Of a stretch of 32,000 nucleotides of DNA, positions 19,823 to 28,766 are shown piece by piece (positions within the stretch are counted from its first letter, which is position 1; the number at the start of each line of letters is the position of its first letter). This DNA is from Desulfotalea psychrophila LSv54 (GTDB taxonomy: Bacteria; Desulfobacterota; Desulfobulbia; Desulfobulbales; Desulfocapsaceae). The notes beneath the pieces were generated by a model that made no database searches, was not told the origin of the DNA, and saw nothing but the letters and a program-made list of their open reading frames with translations. The position numbers and the translations under genes were made by a program. The stretch covers positions 3,090,001 through 3,122,000 of the forward strand of contig NC_006138.1 in NCBI RefSeq assembly GCF_000025945.1, given 5' to 3'.

Positions 19823-20181
19823 AATTTTTACTCCATCTCTAACAAAAGAGATCACAACTTTTTTATAAAATATTTCCAGGCACCATACTCAAAAAAGACA
19901 CCATGCTAAGGAAAACAAGCACTTACCAACAACAAAAAACACCCCTCCAACTAAAGAAAAGAGAATTAAATTCATACCACCTAACAGAGTAAAGACCTCA
20001 AGCACAGCTCATTTGAAATATTTGAAGCAATATTTTTTTAATCTCACTGTAAAAAAAGCTTTTATTACCATATAATTTTTTACTATATGGGAAGAGCGGC
20101 TATAACACTGTTTTTTGGATAAAAAAACTGAATTACTATATAACAATTTTTGATGCTTTTTTAAGCTGTAAACGAAACACA

Positions 20182-20802
20182 ATGGAACTTCAACAAAGCT
20201 TTATTTACCACAGCAACATGCTCGCGATGATGATCTTTTCTTTTAGTGGCGTCCTCGCTATCCAGACAAAAAAAAATGACCTGATCGGTGTTATCATACT
20301 GGGGACGATCACCGCCATCGGTGGAGGCACCCTACGTGATATCCTTCTTGATCGTCAAGTTTTTTGGCTCTACGACACCAACTATCTGCTGATACCCATT
20401 ATCGGCAGCATCATCATATTTTATATGCCTCCCTTTTTCCGTAGGATCGAAAACATCATCGACTACCTCGATGGCATTGGCCTGGCTCTCTTTGTCTCCT
20501 CGGTAAGTTCCAGTCTCAGCCAAGAGGGTTATTCCCCCAGCGTCGTTATCACCATGGGAATTATAACCGGTGTTTTTGGCGGTATGATACGGGATATCAT
20601 TATGAACCGCGAACCTATCATACTGGGCAGAACATTCTATATAACCCCTGCATTTTTAGGTGCCGCCTCCTGTGCCATACTTCAGCCCAGAATTGGCAGC
20701 ACCTGGGCTATCGTTATTTCATTTTTACTGATCAGCATCCTCCGCAGCCTTGCCATTAAGTATCGCTGGTACTTGCCTAATTTTCTCGTTCAAAAAGATT
20801 AG
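20182..20802 (+). CDS. YicG/UPF0126 family membrane protein (TRIC-like, glycine-rich repeats)
   Basis: Two repeated blocks TAIGGGTLRDILLDRQVFWL and GVFGGMIRDIIMNREPIIL, with multiple TM helices. Confidence 0.87.
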   Translation: MELQQSFIYHSNMLAMMIFSFSGVLAIQTKKNDLIGVIILGTITAIGGGTLRDILLDRQVFWLYDTNYLLIPIIGSIIIFYMPPFFRRIENIIDYLDGIGLALFVSSVSSSLSQEGYSPSVVITMGIITGVFGGMIRDIIMNREPIILGRTFYITPAFLGAASCAILQPRIGSTWAIVISFLLISILRSLAIKYRWYLPNFLVQKD

Positions 20803-20907
20803 CGACTGATGCTTGTCAGGAAAGGGCATTTCACCTTGCTAATATATTTCATAATAATATACTAAAAGCATACACCTATACCATCTACTTAGACACAACA
20901 GACACTG

Positions 20908-20932
20908 GACAAGCCCTATACCAGGGCTTGTC
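20908..20932 (+). promoter_or_regulatory. Perfect stem-loop in the 5' region of the Dcu-type gene
   Basis: GACAAGCCCT-ATACC-AGGGCTTGTC, 10-bp perfect stem ending 30 nt before the ATG. Confidence 0.5.
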
Positions 20933-20962
20933 ATAAACTCTATCCATAGATGAGGTATTAAT

Positions 20963-22288
20963 ATGCTCTATATGCAATTTTTGTTTTTATTAGTGATGCT
21001 CTACACCGGTAGCAGGTACGGGGGAATAGGCCTCGGGGTAGTCTCCGGCATAGGTCTCACCATCGAAGTATTTATCTTTAAGATGCCGCCGACGAGCCCG
21101 CCAATCACGGTTATGCTGATCATACTTGCTGTTGTTACCTGCGCCTCTATCCTGGAGGCGGCCGGTGGTTTAAAATATATGCTCCAGATAGCAGAGAAAT
21201 TCCTCCGGGCTCACCCAACGAGAATCACCCTATTTGGCCCCCTTGTCACCTACATCATGACGATCATGCTGGGAACAGGTCACGCCGTATACTCCGTAAT
21301 GCCCATTATTGGCGATGTCGCCCTAAAAAATAATATCAGACCAGAAAGACCCATGGCCACGGCCTCGGTTGCCTCTCAACTGGGCATCACAGCAAGCCCC
21401 ATCTCGGCGGCCGTTGTCTACTATCTCTCTCAACTTAGCGGAGGATCCGAACATATCACCCTGCTCAGCATCCTGGCCATTACGGTACCGGGCACCTTTA
21501 TCGGCCTGCTGGCCATGGTGGCGGTAACCTGGAGACGAGGAAAAAACCTGGCTGATGACAAAGGATTTCAAAAGAGAATGGAGGATCCTGCCTTTCGTGA
21601 AAGAGTTGAGACGACCACGGCAACATCCCTTGATGAGACGCTTCCCACCTCTGCCAGAAATGCCGTTTTGCTCTTTCTCCTCGCCCTCGTTGTCATTGTT
21701 ATCATTGCCATGATTCCCGAGATACGCACCCTGCAGCCGGGGACAAAGCCCCTCAGTATGTCAGTTATTATTCAAATGATGATGCTGGCCTTTGGCGGTA
21801 TCATCCTTATTGCCACGGGAACCAAGGCCTCAAAGGTGCCCGAAGGAGTCGTCTTTAAATCCGGTATGGTGGCAGCGATTGCTATTTTTGGTATTGCCTG
21901 GATGAGTGACACCTATTTTCACTATGCCATGCCCAGCTTTAAGGAGGGCATCACCCAGATGGTACAGACCCTGCCATGGACCTTTGCCCTGGCCATGTTT
22001 GCCGTCTCCGTGGTAGTTAACAGCCAGGCCGCCACCTGCAGAATGATGCTCCCCGTTGGCATCGGTCTGGGACTCTCTCCTGCCCTGCTTATAGCCATCC
22101 TCCCGGCATCCTATGGCTATTTCTTTATCCCGAACTACCCATCTGATATTGCGACCATAAGCTTTGATACCTCGGGCACCACCAAGATTGGCAAGTTCTA
22201 CTTTAACCACAGCTTTATGCTGCCAGGTCTTGTGGCTGTACCAACCGCCTGCCTTACCGGTTACCTCATCTCTATGGTAATCATCTAG
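20963..22288 (+). CDS. Anaerobic C4-dicarboxylate transporter, DcuA/DcuB family
   Basis: GSRYGGIGLGVVSGIGL, MLGTGHAVYSVMPIIGDVALKNNIRPERPMATASVASQLGITASPISAAVVYYL; GEVL-type SD GAGG upstream. Confidence 0.92.
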   Translation: MLYMQFLFLLVMLYTGSRYGGIGLGVVSGIGLTIEVFIFKMPPTSPPITVMLIILAVVTCASILEAAGGLKYMLQIAEKFLRAHPTRITLFGPLVTYIMTIMLGTGHAVYSVMPIIGDVALKNNIRPERPMATASVASQLGITASPISAAVVYYLSQLSGGSEHITLLSILAITVPGTFIGLLAMVAVTWRRGKNLADDKGFQKRMEDPAFRERVETTTATSLDETLPTSARNAVLLFLLALVVIVIIAMIPEIRTLQPGTKPLSMSVIIQMMMLAFGGIILIATGTKASKVPEGVVFKSGMVAAIAIFGIAWMSDTYFHYAMPSFKEGITQMVQTLPWTFALAMFAVSVVVNSQAATCRMMLPVGIGLGLSPALLIAILPASYGYFFIPNYPSDIATISFDTSGTTKIGKFYFNHSFMLPGLVAVPTACLTGYLISMVII

Positions 22289-22296
22289 GGACTCCA

Positions 22297-22332
22297 TGCC
22301 CCCAGCAATGAGGTGCTCTCCTTGCTGGGGCA
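22297..22332. terminator. Stem-loop 3' of the Dcu-type gene
   Basis: TGCCCCCAGCAA-tgaggtgctctcc-TTGCTGGGGCA, 11 bp with one bulged C; no U-tract. Confidence 0.5.
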
Positions 22333-22444
22333 GGCCAAGCTCAGGTTACAAACTTTTGTCCTCCCGGGCAGAAATGTTCTGCAAAAAAATCTAATGTATA
22401 TATTATAGAGCCTTACGATAATCTTCCTTACATTCATTCTATCA

Positions 22445-23581
22445 GTGTGCACTATGAATTCTTCCTGGCGAACCCAGCTCCCCATCTTTGCCCTTATCGC
22501 AAGTGCAATGTCAAATATCTATATTGCTCAACCAATACTGCCTCTGCTCCAAGAGGAATTTCAGGTCAGCATTATCCTGGCCTCCATGACCGTCTCAGCC
22601 GTGGTCCTTGGCCTGGCCACAGCCAGTCTTCCCCTCAGCTTTTTCGCCGAAAAGATCGATCTTAAAAAGATCATTCTCACAGGTGGCTGCGGCATTGCCT
22701 GCACCGGTTTCATCTGCAGTCTCACCCATAATTTTTGGCTCTTCATTGCCGCTCGCGCCCTGCAGGGATTTTTCGTCCCCTTTATATCCACCTGCCTTGC
22801 CACCTATCTTGCCCAGACAACTCCCATCAAGAACCTCAAGGTTGTAATGGGCATCTATATCTCAGCGACGGTGGTGGGAGGAATGAGCGGCCGTCTTATC
22901 TGTGGTTGGATATACGCACCACACTGGCGCTATGCCTTTCTGACAATGGCCCTCCTTACCCTCTTCCTCTCGGCCTTTGTATATAGGAAACTTCCACGGT
23001 GCTCCCCCAAAAAAGCGGAAACCTCCGTCCCCTTGATCTCTCTTCTCAATCGATGGGACCTGATACGTATATATCTCTGCGCCAGCGTGGTCTTTGCCAT
23101 ATTCTCGGCATCCTTTACCTATTTTCCCTATAGGCTCACCCATGCCCCCTTTGCCCTCTCAACCCAGAAGATGACCTCTCTCTACCTCTTCTATAGCATG
23201 GGCATTATCATGGGCCCTATCTCAGGACAGATAAGCACCCGCATCGGGGCCGGAAGAACCATTGTTATTGGCAGTGTAATTTTAGGCATGAGTCTCCTCC
23301 TTACCCTCAGCAATAACCTCATGATAACGGCCGCCGGTATCCTCCTGCTCTGCACAGGTTTTTTTACCATCCACTCCGTTGCCGTGGGACTGTTAAACTA
23401 TAAGCTCAGCCGTGGCCAGGGATATGGCAACGCCCTCTATGTACTCTTTTATTATCTGGGCGGTTGGATCGGTATTACCAGCTTTGGCTTTATCTATCAG
23501 GCAGTATGGCTGGGAGGCACTGATATACATTGCCCTGAGCGCAGTACTTATCCCACTCTTAACAGGCCTATACGAGGTTAA
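22445..23581 (+). CDS. MFS transporter (YnfM-like drug/arabinose-type exporter) with probable C-terminal frameshift; the expected last TM helix is in the +1 frame ending at 23603
   Basis: MFS motifs (ARALQGFFVPFISTCLATYLAQ...GIYISATVVGGMSGRLICGWI...WRYAF). Frame 0 changes from membrane-like to hydrophilic (TDIHCPERSTYPTLNRPIRG), while the +1 frame encodes QYGWEALIYIALSAVLIPLLTGLYEVKNFIIKR. Confidence 0.88.
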   Translation: MCTMNSSWRTQLPIFALIASAMSNIYIAQPILPLLQEEFQVSIILASMTVSAVVLGLATASLPLSFFAEKIDLKKIILTGGCGIACTGFICSLTHNFWLFIAARALQGFFVPFISTCLATYLAQTTPIKNLKVVMGIYISATVVGGMSGRLICGWIYAPHWRYAFLTMALLTLFLSAFVYRKLPRCSPKKAETSVPLISLLNRWDLIRIYLCASVVFAIFSASFTYFPYRLTHAPFALSTQKMTSLYLFYSMGIIMGPISGQISTRIGAGRTIVIGSVILGMSLLLTLSNNLMITAAGILLLCTGFFTIHSVAVGLLNYKLSRGQGYGNALYVLFYYLGGWIGITSFGFIYQAVWLGGTDIHCPERSTYPTLNRPIRG

Positions 23582-23644
23582 AAACTTCATTATAAAGAGG
23601 TAGGCACCAGAGGAAAGGGCAGCCAGGCAGCTGCCCCCATTGTC

Positions 23645-23781
23645 CTAGTGCTTTGTAGAGCTTTAGATGTCGTAAATATTGTTTAGCCATTTTGGTGCGC
23701 TACAAGGCACGAATGAGAAACGAAGTCAGCGCGAGAAAAGGGCAAACAATATACGGTGGATAAAGTTTTACAGAGCACTAG
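23645..23781. repeat. Long imperfect palindrome / hairpin element in convergent intergenic region
   Basis: CTAGTGCTTTGTAGAGCTTTA (23645-23665) pairs with TAAAGTTTTACAGAGCACTAG (23761-23781) over 21 positions when G-U is allowed on the + strand; additional pairing continues inward (ATTGTTT/AAACAAT, TGCGCT/AGCGCG). Confidence 0.8.
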
Positions 23782-24608
23782 ATATTAAATTGCATCCCCG
23801 CATAGCCAGCGACAACTTCGCAGCTCAAATGATCTGCCAAATACTGCACAGCCTCATCCCCACTACAGTGACATGCCACAATCCTCTTGAGGTCAAGACC
23901 ATTGAGAGCCTCAGCTGTTTTTGTAAGCCTGCTCTCATCGGCATGGAGAAGATGCAGACCTCCTATTACCGTATCAATTTTTCTCTCCCCGCTATAATCC
24001 ATAATATAGTTCAGAGTATTGATAATACCGGCATGACAACAGCCAAGACAGATGACCAGCCCCTCCGGACCATGAAACCACAGGGCATTATCATCCTCAA
24101 TGGTATCAATTACCTTACCCGCCGGATCAAGATAAAAACTTCCACCTGTATCTTCAAAAGAACACTCTCTGGGAATAGGCCCCGTCAAGCCCACACGATC
24201 CTGCAAGGAAACAGGCTGAGTTAACCAGTTCACCTTTTCATCGGCATGGTGCATCACCGCCTGCATGGCAGCAAGAGGCATTTTAACAATTGAAGCATCC
24301 TCACCGTGGAGGCTATAGCGTGGTTGAAAAACACCTGCATGCAGATAAATTTCCACATCTTTATTCTGTTGCAGAATATCTGCAATTCCGCCGGTATGAT
24401 CATAATGTCCATGACTAAGCACCAGGGCAGAAACCTCCTGCAAATTCACCCCCAAGGCCTCTGCATTAGCGACAAAGGCAAGCTTGTTACCGGTATCCAA
24501 AAGCAAATTACCAGCAGAAGTCTCTATATGCAGGGCATAACCATGTTCTGCAATCAATCCCTCAGCCGCCCTGTTATCCACCACAATGGTAAAACGTAAC
24601 GTTTTCAT
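23778..24608 (-). CDS. MBL-fold metallo-hydrolase
   Basis: NLLLDTGNKLAFVANAEALG...ALVLSHGHYDHTGGI...GLVICLGCCHAGIINTLNYI...ACHCSG. Confidence 0.9.
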   Translation of the reverse strand: MKTLRFTIVVDNRAAEGLIAEHGYALHIETSAGNLLLDTGNKLAFVANAEALGVNLQEVSALVLSHGHYDHTGGIADILQQNKDVEIYLHAGVFQPRYSLHGEDASIVKMPLAAMQAVMHHADEKVNWLTQPVSLQDRVGLTGPIPRECSFEDTGGSFYLDPAGKVIDTIEDDNALWFHGPEGLVICLGCCHAGIINTLNYIMDYSGERKIDTVIGGLHLLHADESRLTKTAEALNGLDLKRIVACHCSGDEAVQYLADHLSCEVVAGYAGMQFNI

Positions 24609-25027
24609 TCAACATCCTCACTCTGCATAAATTTTGCCTGCGCTTTAGCCATTCTCCGACCATCTACCCAGGCCTCGGCCTTCACCTCATAGAGGGTAGA
24701 AACAGCACATGTCAACCATGCCCTGATGGTGACCTGGCTGCTACAGGGTATTGAGTGAAGAAATCGTACCCGCAGATCAGCAGTCACAGCCTTAATATTC
24801 CTCTGCAATAGACAATGAACCATGGCGGAATCAAGAACCGCAGAGATAACGCCTCCATGCAAAATTCCCGCGTAACCCTGGAGGTGAGGACCTCCGACAA
24901 AACTGCCCTCAACCCCCTCGGCACCAGTAGAATAAAATTGCAGGCCAAGAGAAAATGGATTGTTCCTACCACAGACAACACAACCATCATGACTACCGGG
25001 ACTTTGAATAACAGCCTCTTTCTTCAC
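24605..25027 (-). CDS. PaaI-family hotdog thioesterase
   Basis: NPFSLGLQFYSTGAEGVEGSFVGGPHLQGYAGILHGGVISAVLDSAMVHCLL; 4-nt overlap with the MBL-fold gene implies one operon. Confidence 0.85.
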   Translation of the reverse strand: MKKEAVIQSPGSHDGCVVCGRNNPFSLGLQFYSTGAEGVEGSFVGGPHLQGYAGILHGGVISAVLDSAMVHCLLQRNIKAVTADLRVRFLHSIPCSSQVTIRAWLTCAVSTLYEVKAEAWVDGRRMAKAQAKFMQSEDVE

Positions 25028-25351
25028 TATAAAACCTCATATTTCATCTTAGAGAATGCCTATCTCTCCCTGGAATAAGGCCAGACCAAAACACAGCCTT
25101 CCATCACCTTGACATTGGTCCAGCCATTGACCTCAAGTACCAGAGCCAACCCCCTCTCCCGAACAAGCCTCCAAACATACTTCAACGGTTTGCTACATAT
25201 GTCAACAGCTGATGGTAATTATGCTTATTTTTACCGATGAAGAAAGGGGAGGGAGGTAGCCAGATTCTTGCCTATGGCAAAAAACTCCTGCTGAGGTTGA
25301 AGAGCAGTTTGCCTTCTTACAAAAATTTTCTTAACAAAAAATCAAAAAAAA

Positions 25352-25386
25352 GGGGGCATTGAGAATATCTCAATGCCCCCTTTTTC
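25352..25386. terminator. Strong bidirectional intrinsic terminator downstream of secA
   Basis: A-tract + GGGGGCATTGAG-AATAT-CTCAATGCCCCC + TTTTTT. Confidence 0.9.
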
Positions 25387-25406
25387 ACAAAATCAGATCG
25401 CAAGAC

Positions 25407-27959
25407 CTAGCTTAATTTACCACAGCACTTCTTATATTTCTTACCTGAGCCACAGGGACAGGGAGTATTTCTGCCAATCTTATCCACATGAGCCGGTTGC
25501 TGATGCTCTTCATCCGCATTACCGGCTGGTACAAGAGCCTGTATTCTCTGCATCTCCTCTTCATGGCGACGACGACGCTCCTCTTCCATACGGTCAACAT
25601 CGTTCTCATGAACAACACGCACTCGCATCAGACTAGAAACAACCTGACTCTTAACAGTCTCCATCAGATGGCCAAAAAGTTGGAAGGCCTCGCGCTTATA
25701 CTCGTTAAGCGGATTTTTCTGTCCATAACCACGAAGTCCAATACCCTCTTTCAGATAATCCATGGAGAGCAAATGATCCTTCCAAAGACCATCCACAACC
25801 TGAAGGAGAAGAATCTTCTCTAGTTGGCGCTGAGTATCTGCCCCATTTTCTTCTTCCTGTTCCCGGTATTTTTGGGCAACAACACCAGCAATGAGGTCCC
25901 TGAGCTCTTCAAACTTAATATCGGTACGAGTCTCTTCACTCCACTCCGGTTGTACAGAAAATGCTTCCTGAAGACGCTCCAGGCACCCAGCCCAATCCCA
26001 GTCAAGAGAGTCAAGACGTTCATCTGAAAATTCCGAAGCGAGATTACGAACAATATCGTTTACCATCTCCTGAATTTCTGCAGAAACATCCGCGCCAGCA
26101 AGCACCTCATAGCGCTGTTGATAAACAATTTCACGCTGTTTATTCATAACATCATCGTACTCAAGCAGATGTTTACGAATATCAAAATTGTGACCTTCCA
26201 CCTTACGTTGGGCATTTTCAATTGCCCGGGAAATCATACCATGCTCAATGGGTTCATCCTCCTCCATGCCAAGCTTATCCATTATACCGGAGACACGGCC
26301 TGAGCCAAAGATACGCAAGAGATCATCTTCAAGGGAGAGATAAAAACGGGAAGAGCCGGGATCACCCTGACGACCGGCACGACCACGTAGCTGGTTATCA
26401 ATACGACGGGATTCATGACGAGAGGTAGCAACAATATGCAAGCCACCAAGCTCCCGAACCCCTTCACCTAACTTAATATCAGTACCACGACCTGCCATAT
26501 TGGTGGCAATGGTTACCCTGCCAACCTGACCTGCAGCAGTAATAATTTCTGCTTCACGGGCATGCTGCTTGGCATTAAGCACCTCATGGGGAACCTTAGC
26601 CTTGGTCAGCATATCGGCAATTTTTTCTGAGACATCAATAGAGATGGTACCAACCAGAACAGGACGGCCCTTCTCATGCATTTCAGCTATTTCTCTAACG
26701 ACAGCACGATATTTCGCATCTTCGTTTTTAAAAATAACATCGGCATAATCATCACGAACCATGGGCTGATTGGTGGGCATCAGAACCACATCAAGATCAT
26801 AGATCTTCTTAAACTCGGCGGCTTCGGTATCGGCAGTACCCGTCATTCCCGCAAGTTTATCATACATACGAAAATAATTTTGAAAGGTAATGGCAGCAAG
26901 AGTTTGATTTTCCTGTTCAACCTTTACATTTTCCTTTGCCTCCAGGGCCTGATGCAGGCCATCACTATAACGACGCCCCTCCATGGTTCGGCCAGTAAAT
27001 TCATCAACGATAACCACCTGGCCATCATTAACGATATAGTCGACATCACGTTGAAAGAGGACATGGGCCTTAAGCGCCTGGTTAAGATGATGAAGCTGTT
27101 CTATACTGCTTGGATCACAGAGGTTTTCAAGATCTAAAAGTTCTTCACCAAGTCCTATACCATCATCGGTAAGAGAGACCGTCCGAGCCTTTTCATCAAC
27201 GGTATAATGTTCCTCTACCTTGAAGTTATACATAATACTGTTGATATTATCATAGAGCTCAGTGGACATTTCTGCAGGGCCAGAGATAATCAGTGGCGTT
27301 CTGGCCTCATCAATAAGAATGGAATCCACCTCATCGACTATGGCAAAGTTAAATCCACGCTGACAAAAATCATCCAGCTCAAACTTCATATTATCCCGAA
27401 GATAATCAAAGCCAAACTCATTATTGGTACCATAGGTAATATCTGCAGCATAGGCGGCACGACGCTCTACATCATCCATGCCATGGATAATCTTATCCCA
27501 ACTCATGCCAAGAAAATCATAAACCTGCCCCATCCACTCGGCATCACGGGCCGCAAGATAGTCATTTACGGTAACAACATGAACACCCTTACCTGATAGA
27601 CCATTAAGATAGACAGGAAGAGTTGAGGTCAGGGTCTTACCCTCACCCGTTTTCATCTCGGCAATTCTACCCTTATGAAGAATAATGCCACCTACCAACT
27701 GAACATCATAATGACGTTCACCAAGCACCCGACTGGCAGCCTCACGCATAACAGCAAAGGATTCTGGCAACAAATCTTTCAGAGACTCACCCTTTGCTAT
27801 ACGCTCTTTAAACTCAACAGTCTTGGCCACAAGCGCTGCATCACCTAAGGGCTTAATCGTGCTCTCTAAATCATTTATTCGAGTTACTAATGGACGTATC
27901 TGCTTAAGAACTCGATCATTTTTACTACCAAAAACCTTGGTGAGCATCTTTCCAATCAT
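25407..27959 (-). CDS. secA: Preprotein translocase subunit SecA
   Basis: [74 protein letters not shown]-terminal zinc motif [19 protein letters not shown]. Confidence 0.98.
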   Translation of the reverse strand: MIGKMLTKVFGSKNDRVLKQIRPLVTRINDLESTIKPLGDAALVAKTVEFKERIAKGESLKDLLPESFAVMREAASRVLGERHYDVQLVGGIILHKGRIAEMKTGEGKTLTSTLPVYLNGLSGKGVHVVTVNDYLAARDAEWMGQVYDFLGMSWDKIIHGMDDVERRAAYAADITYGTNNEFGFDYLRDNMKFELDDFCQRGFNFAIVDEVDSILIDEARTPLIISGPAEMSTELYDNINSIMYNFKVEEHYTVDEKARTVSLTDDGIGLGEELLDLENLCDPSSIEQLHHLNQALKAHVLFQRDVDYIVNDGQVVIVDEFTGRTMEGRRYSDGLHQALEAKENVKVEQENQTLAAITFQNYFRMYDKLAGMTGTADTEAAEFKKIYDLDVVLMPTNQPMVRDDYADVIFKNEDAKYRAVVREIAEMHEKGRPVLVGTISIDVSEKIADMLTKAKVPHEVLNAKQHAREAEIITAAGQVGRVTIATNMAGRGTDIKLGEGVRELGGLHIVATSRHESRRIDNQLRGRAGRQGDPGSSRFYLSLEDDLLRIFGSGRVSGIMDKLGMEEDEPIEHGMISRAIENAQRKVEGHNFDIRKHLLEYDDVMNKQREIVYQQRYEVLAGADVSAEIQEMVNDIVRNLASEFSDERLDSLDWDWAGCLERLQEAFSVQPEWSEETRTDIKFEELRDLIAGVVAQKYREQEEENGADTQRQLEKILLLQVVDGLWKDHLLSMDYLKEGIGLRGYGQKNPLNEYKREAFQLFGHLMETVKSQVVSSLMRVRVVHENDVDRMEEERRRRHEEEMQRIQALVPAGNADEEHQQPAHVDKIGRNTPCPCGSGKKYKKCCGKLS

Positions 27960-28039
27960 AATTTTTCAGTATAGGTAGAGTTAATAGAAAATATCTTTTT
28001 ATAAGGTTACCATAAACTATTATGCCAATAAAAACAGAT

Positions 28040-28525
28040 CTATCCTTCTGTTAGCACCTGGTCAAATGCCAAAGCATTTTCATCACAATTTGGAAATTTA
28101 GGACAGTGCAGACAATCACTCCATATCTTATGGGGTAGATCTTTTTTATCAATATCGTAAAAACCGAGTCTTCGAAAAAAGGCGTCTTGATAGGTGAGGG
28201 TGAAAATTTTTGTTATCTTAAAGGCACGGGCCTCAGCCAAACAGGTTTCGACAAGTTGGCGCCCAATCCCTCTACCCTGCGCCCCATCTACCACGGCAAG
28301 CGATCTGATCTCGGCTAAATTTTCCCAGGAAATCTGCAGGGCACAAACGCCGACCACCTCTCCATCCTCCTCGTAAACAACAAAATCACGTATTTTATCA
28401 TAAAGAGAGCTAATCGACCGGCCAAGAAGTACCCCTCGTTCAGCAAAATCATTTAACAAACTATGAATATGTGGCACATCTGCCATTGTGGCATTACGTA
28501 TCATACCCGTTCCTTCTATACCCAT
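28040..28525 (-). CDS. GNAT N-acetyltransferase, short NAGS (ArgA)-like type
   Basis: MIRNATMADVPHIHSLLNDFAERGVLLGRSISSLYDKIRDFVV...AEIRSLAVVDGAQGRGIGRQLVETCLAEA...FFRRLGFYDIDKKDLPHKIWSDCLHCPKFPNCDE. Confidence 0.85.
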   Translation of the reverse strand: MGIEGTGMIRNATMADVPHIHSLLNDFAERGVLLGRSISSLYDKIRDFVVYEEDGEVVGVCALQISWENLAEIRSLAVVDGAQGRGIGRQLVETCLAEARAFKITKIFTLTYQDAFFRRLGFYDIDKKDLPHKIWSDCLHCPKFPNCDENALAFDQVLTEG

Positions 28526-28544
28526 TCTTTACATGGAGTTAAAA

Positions 28545-28766
28545 ACTTTAGTTACCCTGTTACTCAATAAAAGAGGTGCTGAACCAGAGATGTGCTGTTT
28601 TGGCAAGCACTGAGTGACAGGCCCGGAGGCAGAAACCCAGACCGCCCGCTCACCTCAAGGTTCAGCTCTGGGGGCATCTGCGCCCCATACGACTTTTATA
28701 CTCAGAACCACAGTGCTGACCTTTTTTCAAAGGTCAGCGCCCTTACAGCTTCACCTCTATTCACAC
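28545..28766. ncRNA. Candidate structured RNA / regulatory element between argS and the GNAT gene (strand unresolved)
   Basis: Several inverted complementarities: perfect 10-bp hairpin with 4-nt loop at 28715-28738; AGAGGTG/CACCTCT at the ends; CTGAACC/GGTTCAG; GGGGC/GCCCC; AGCAC+TGAGT/ACTCA+GTGCT. Confidence 0.35.

Noticed and set aside
23679-24224. 181-aa plus-strand ORF
   Set aside because: Overlaps the palindromic element and then runs antisense to the MBL-fold gene; no domain.
28545-28766. Identification as tRNA-Sec, SRP RNA, TPP or cobalamin riboswitch
   Set aside because: None of the diagnostic conserved boxes (TTCAAATC anticodon loop, GGTCAGGTCCGGAAGG, CTGAGA, GCCACTG) are present in the right arrangement.
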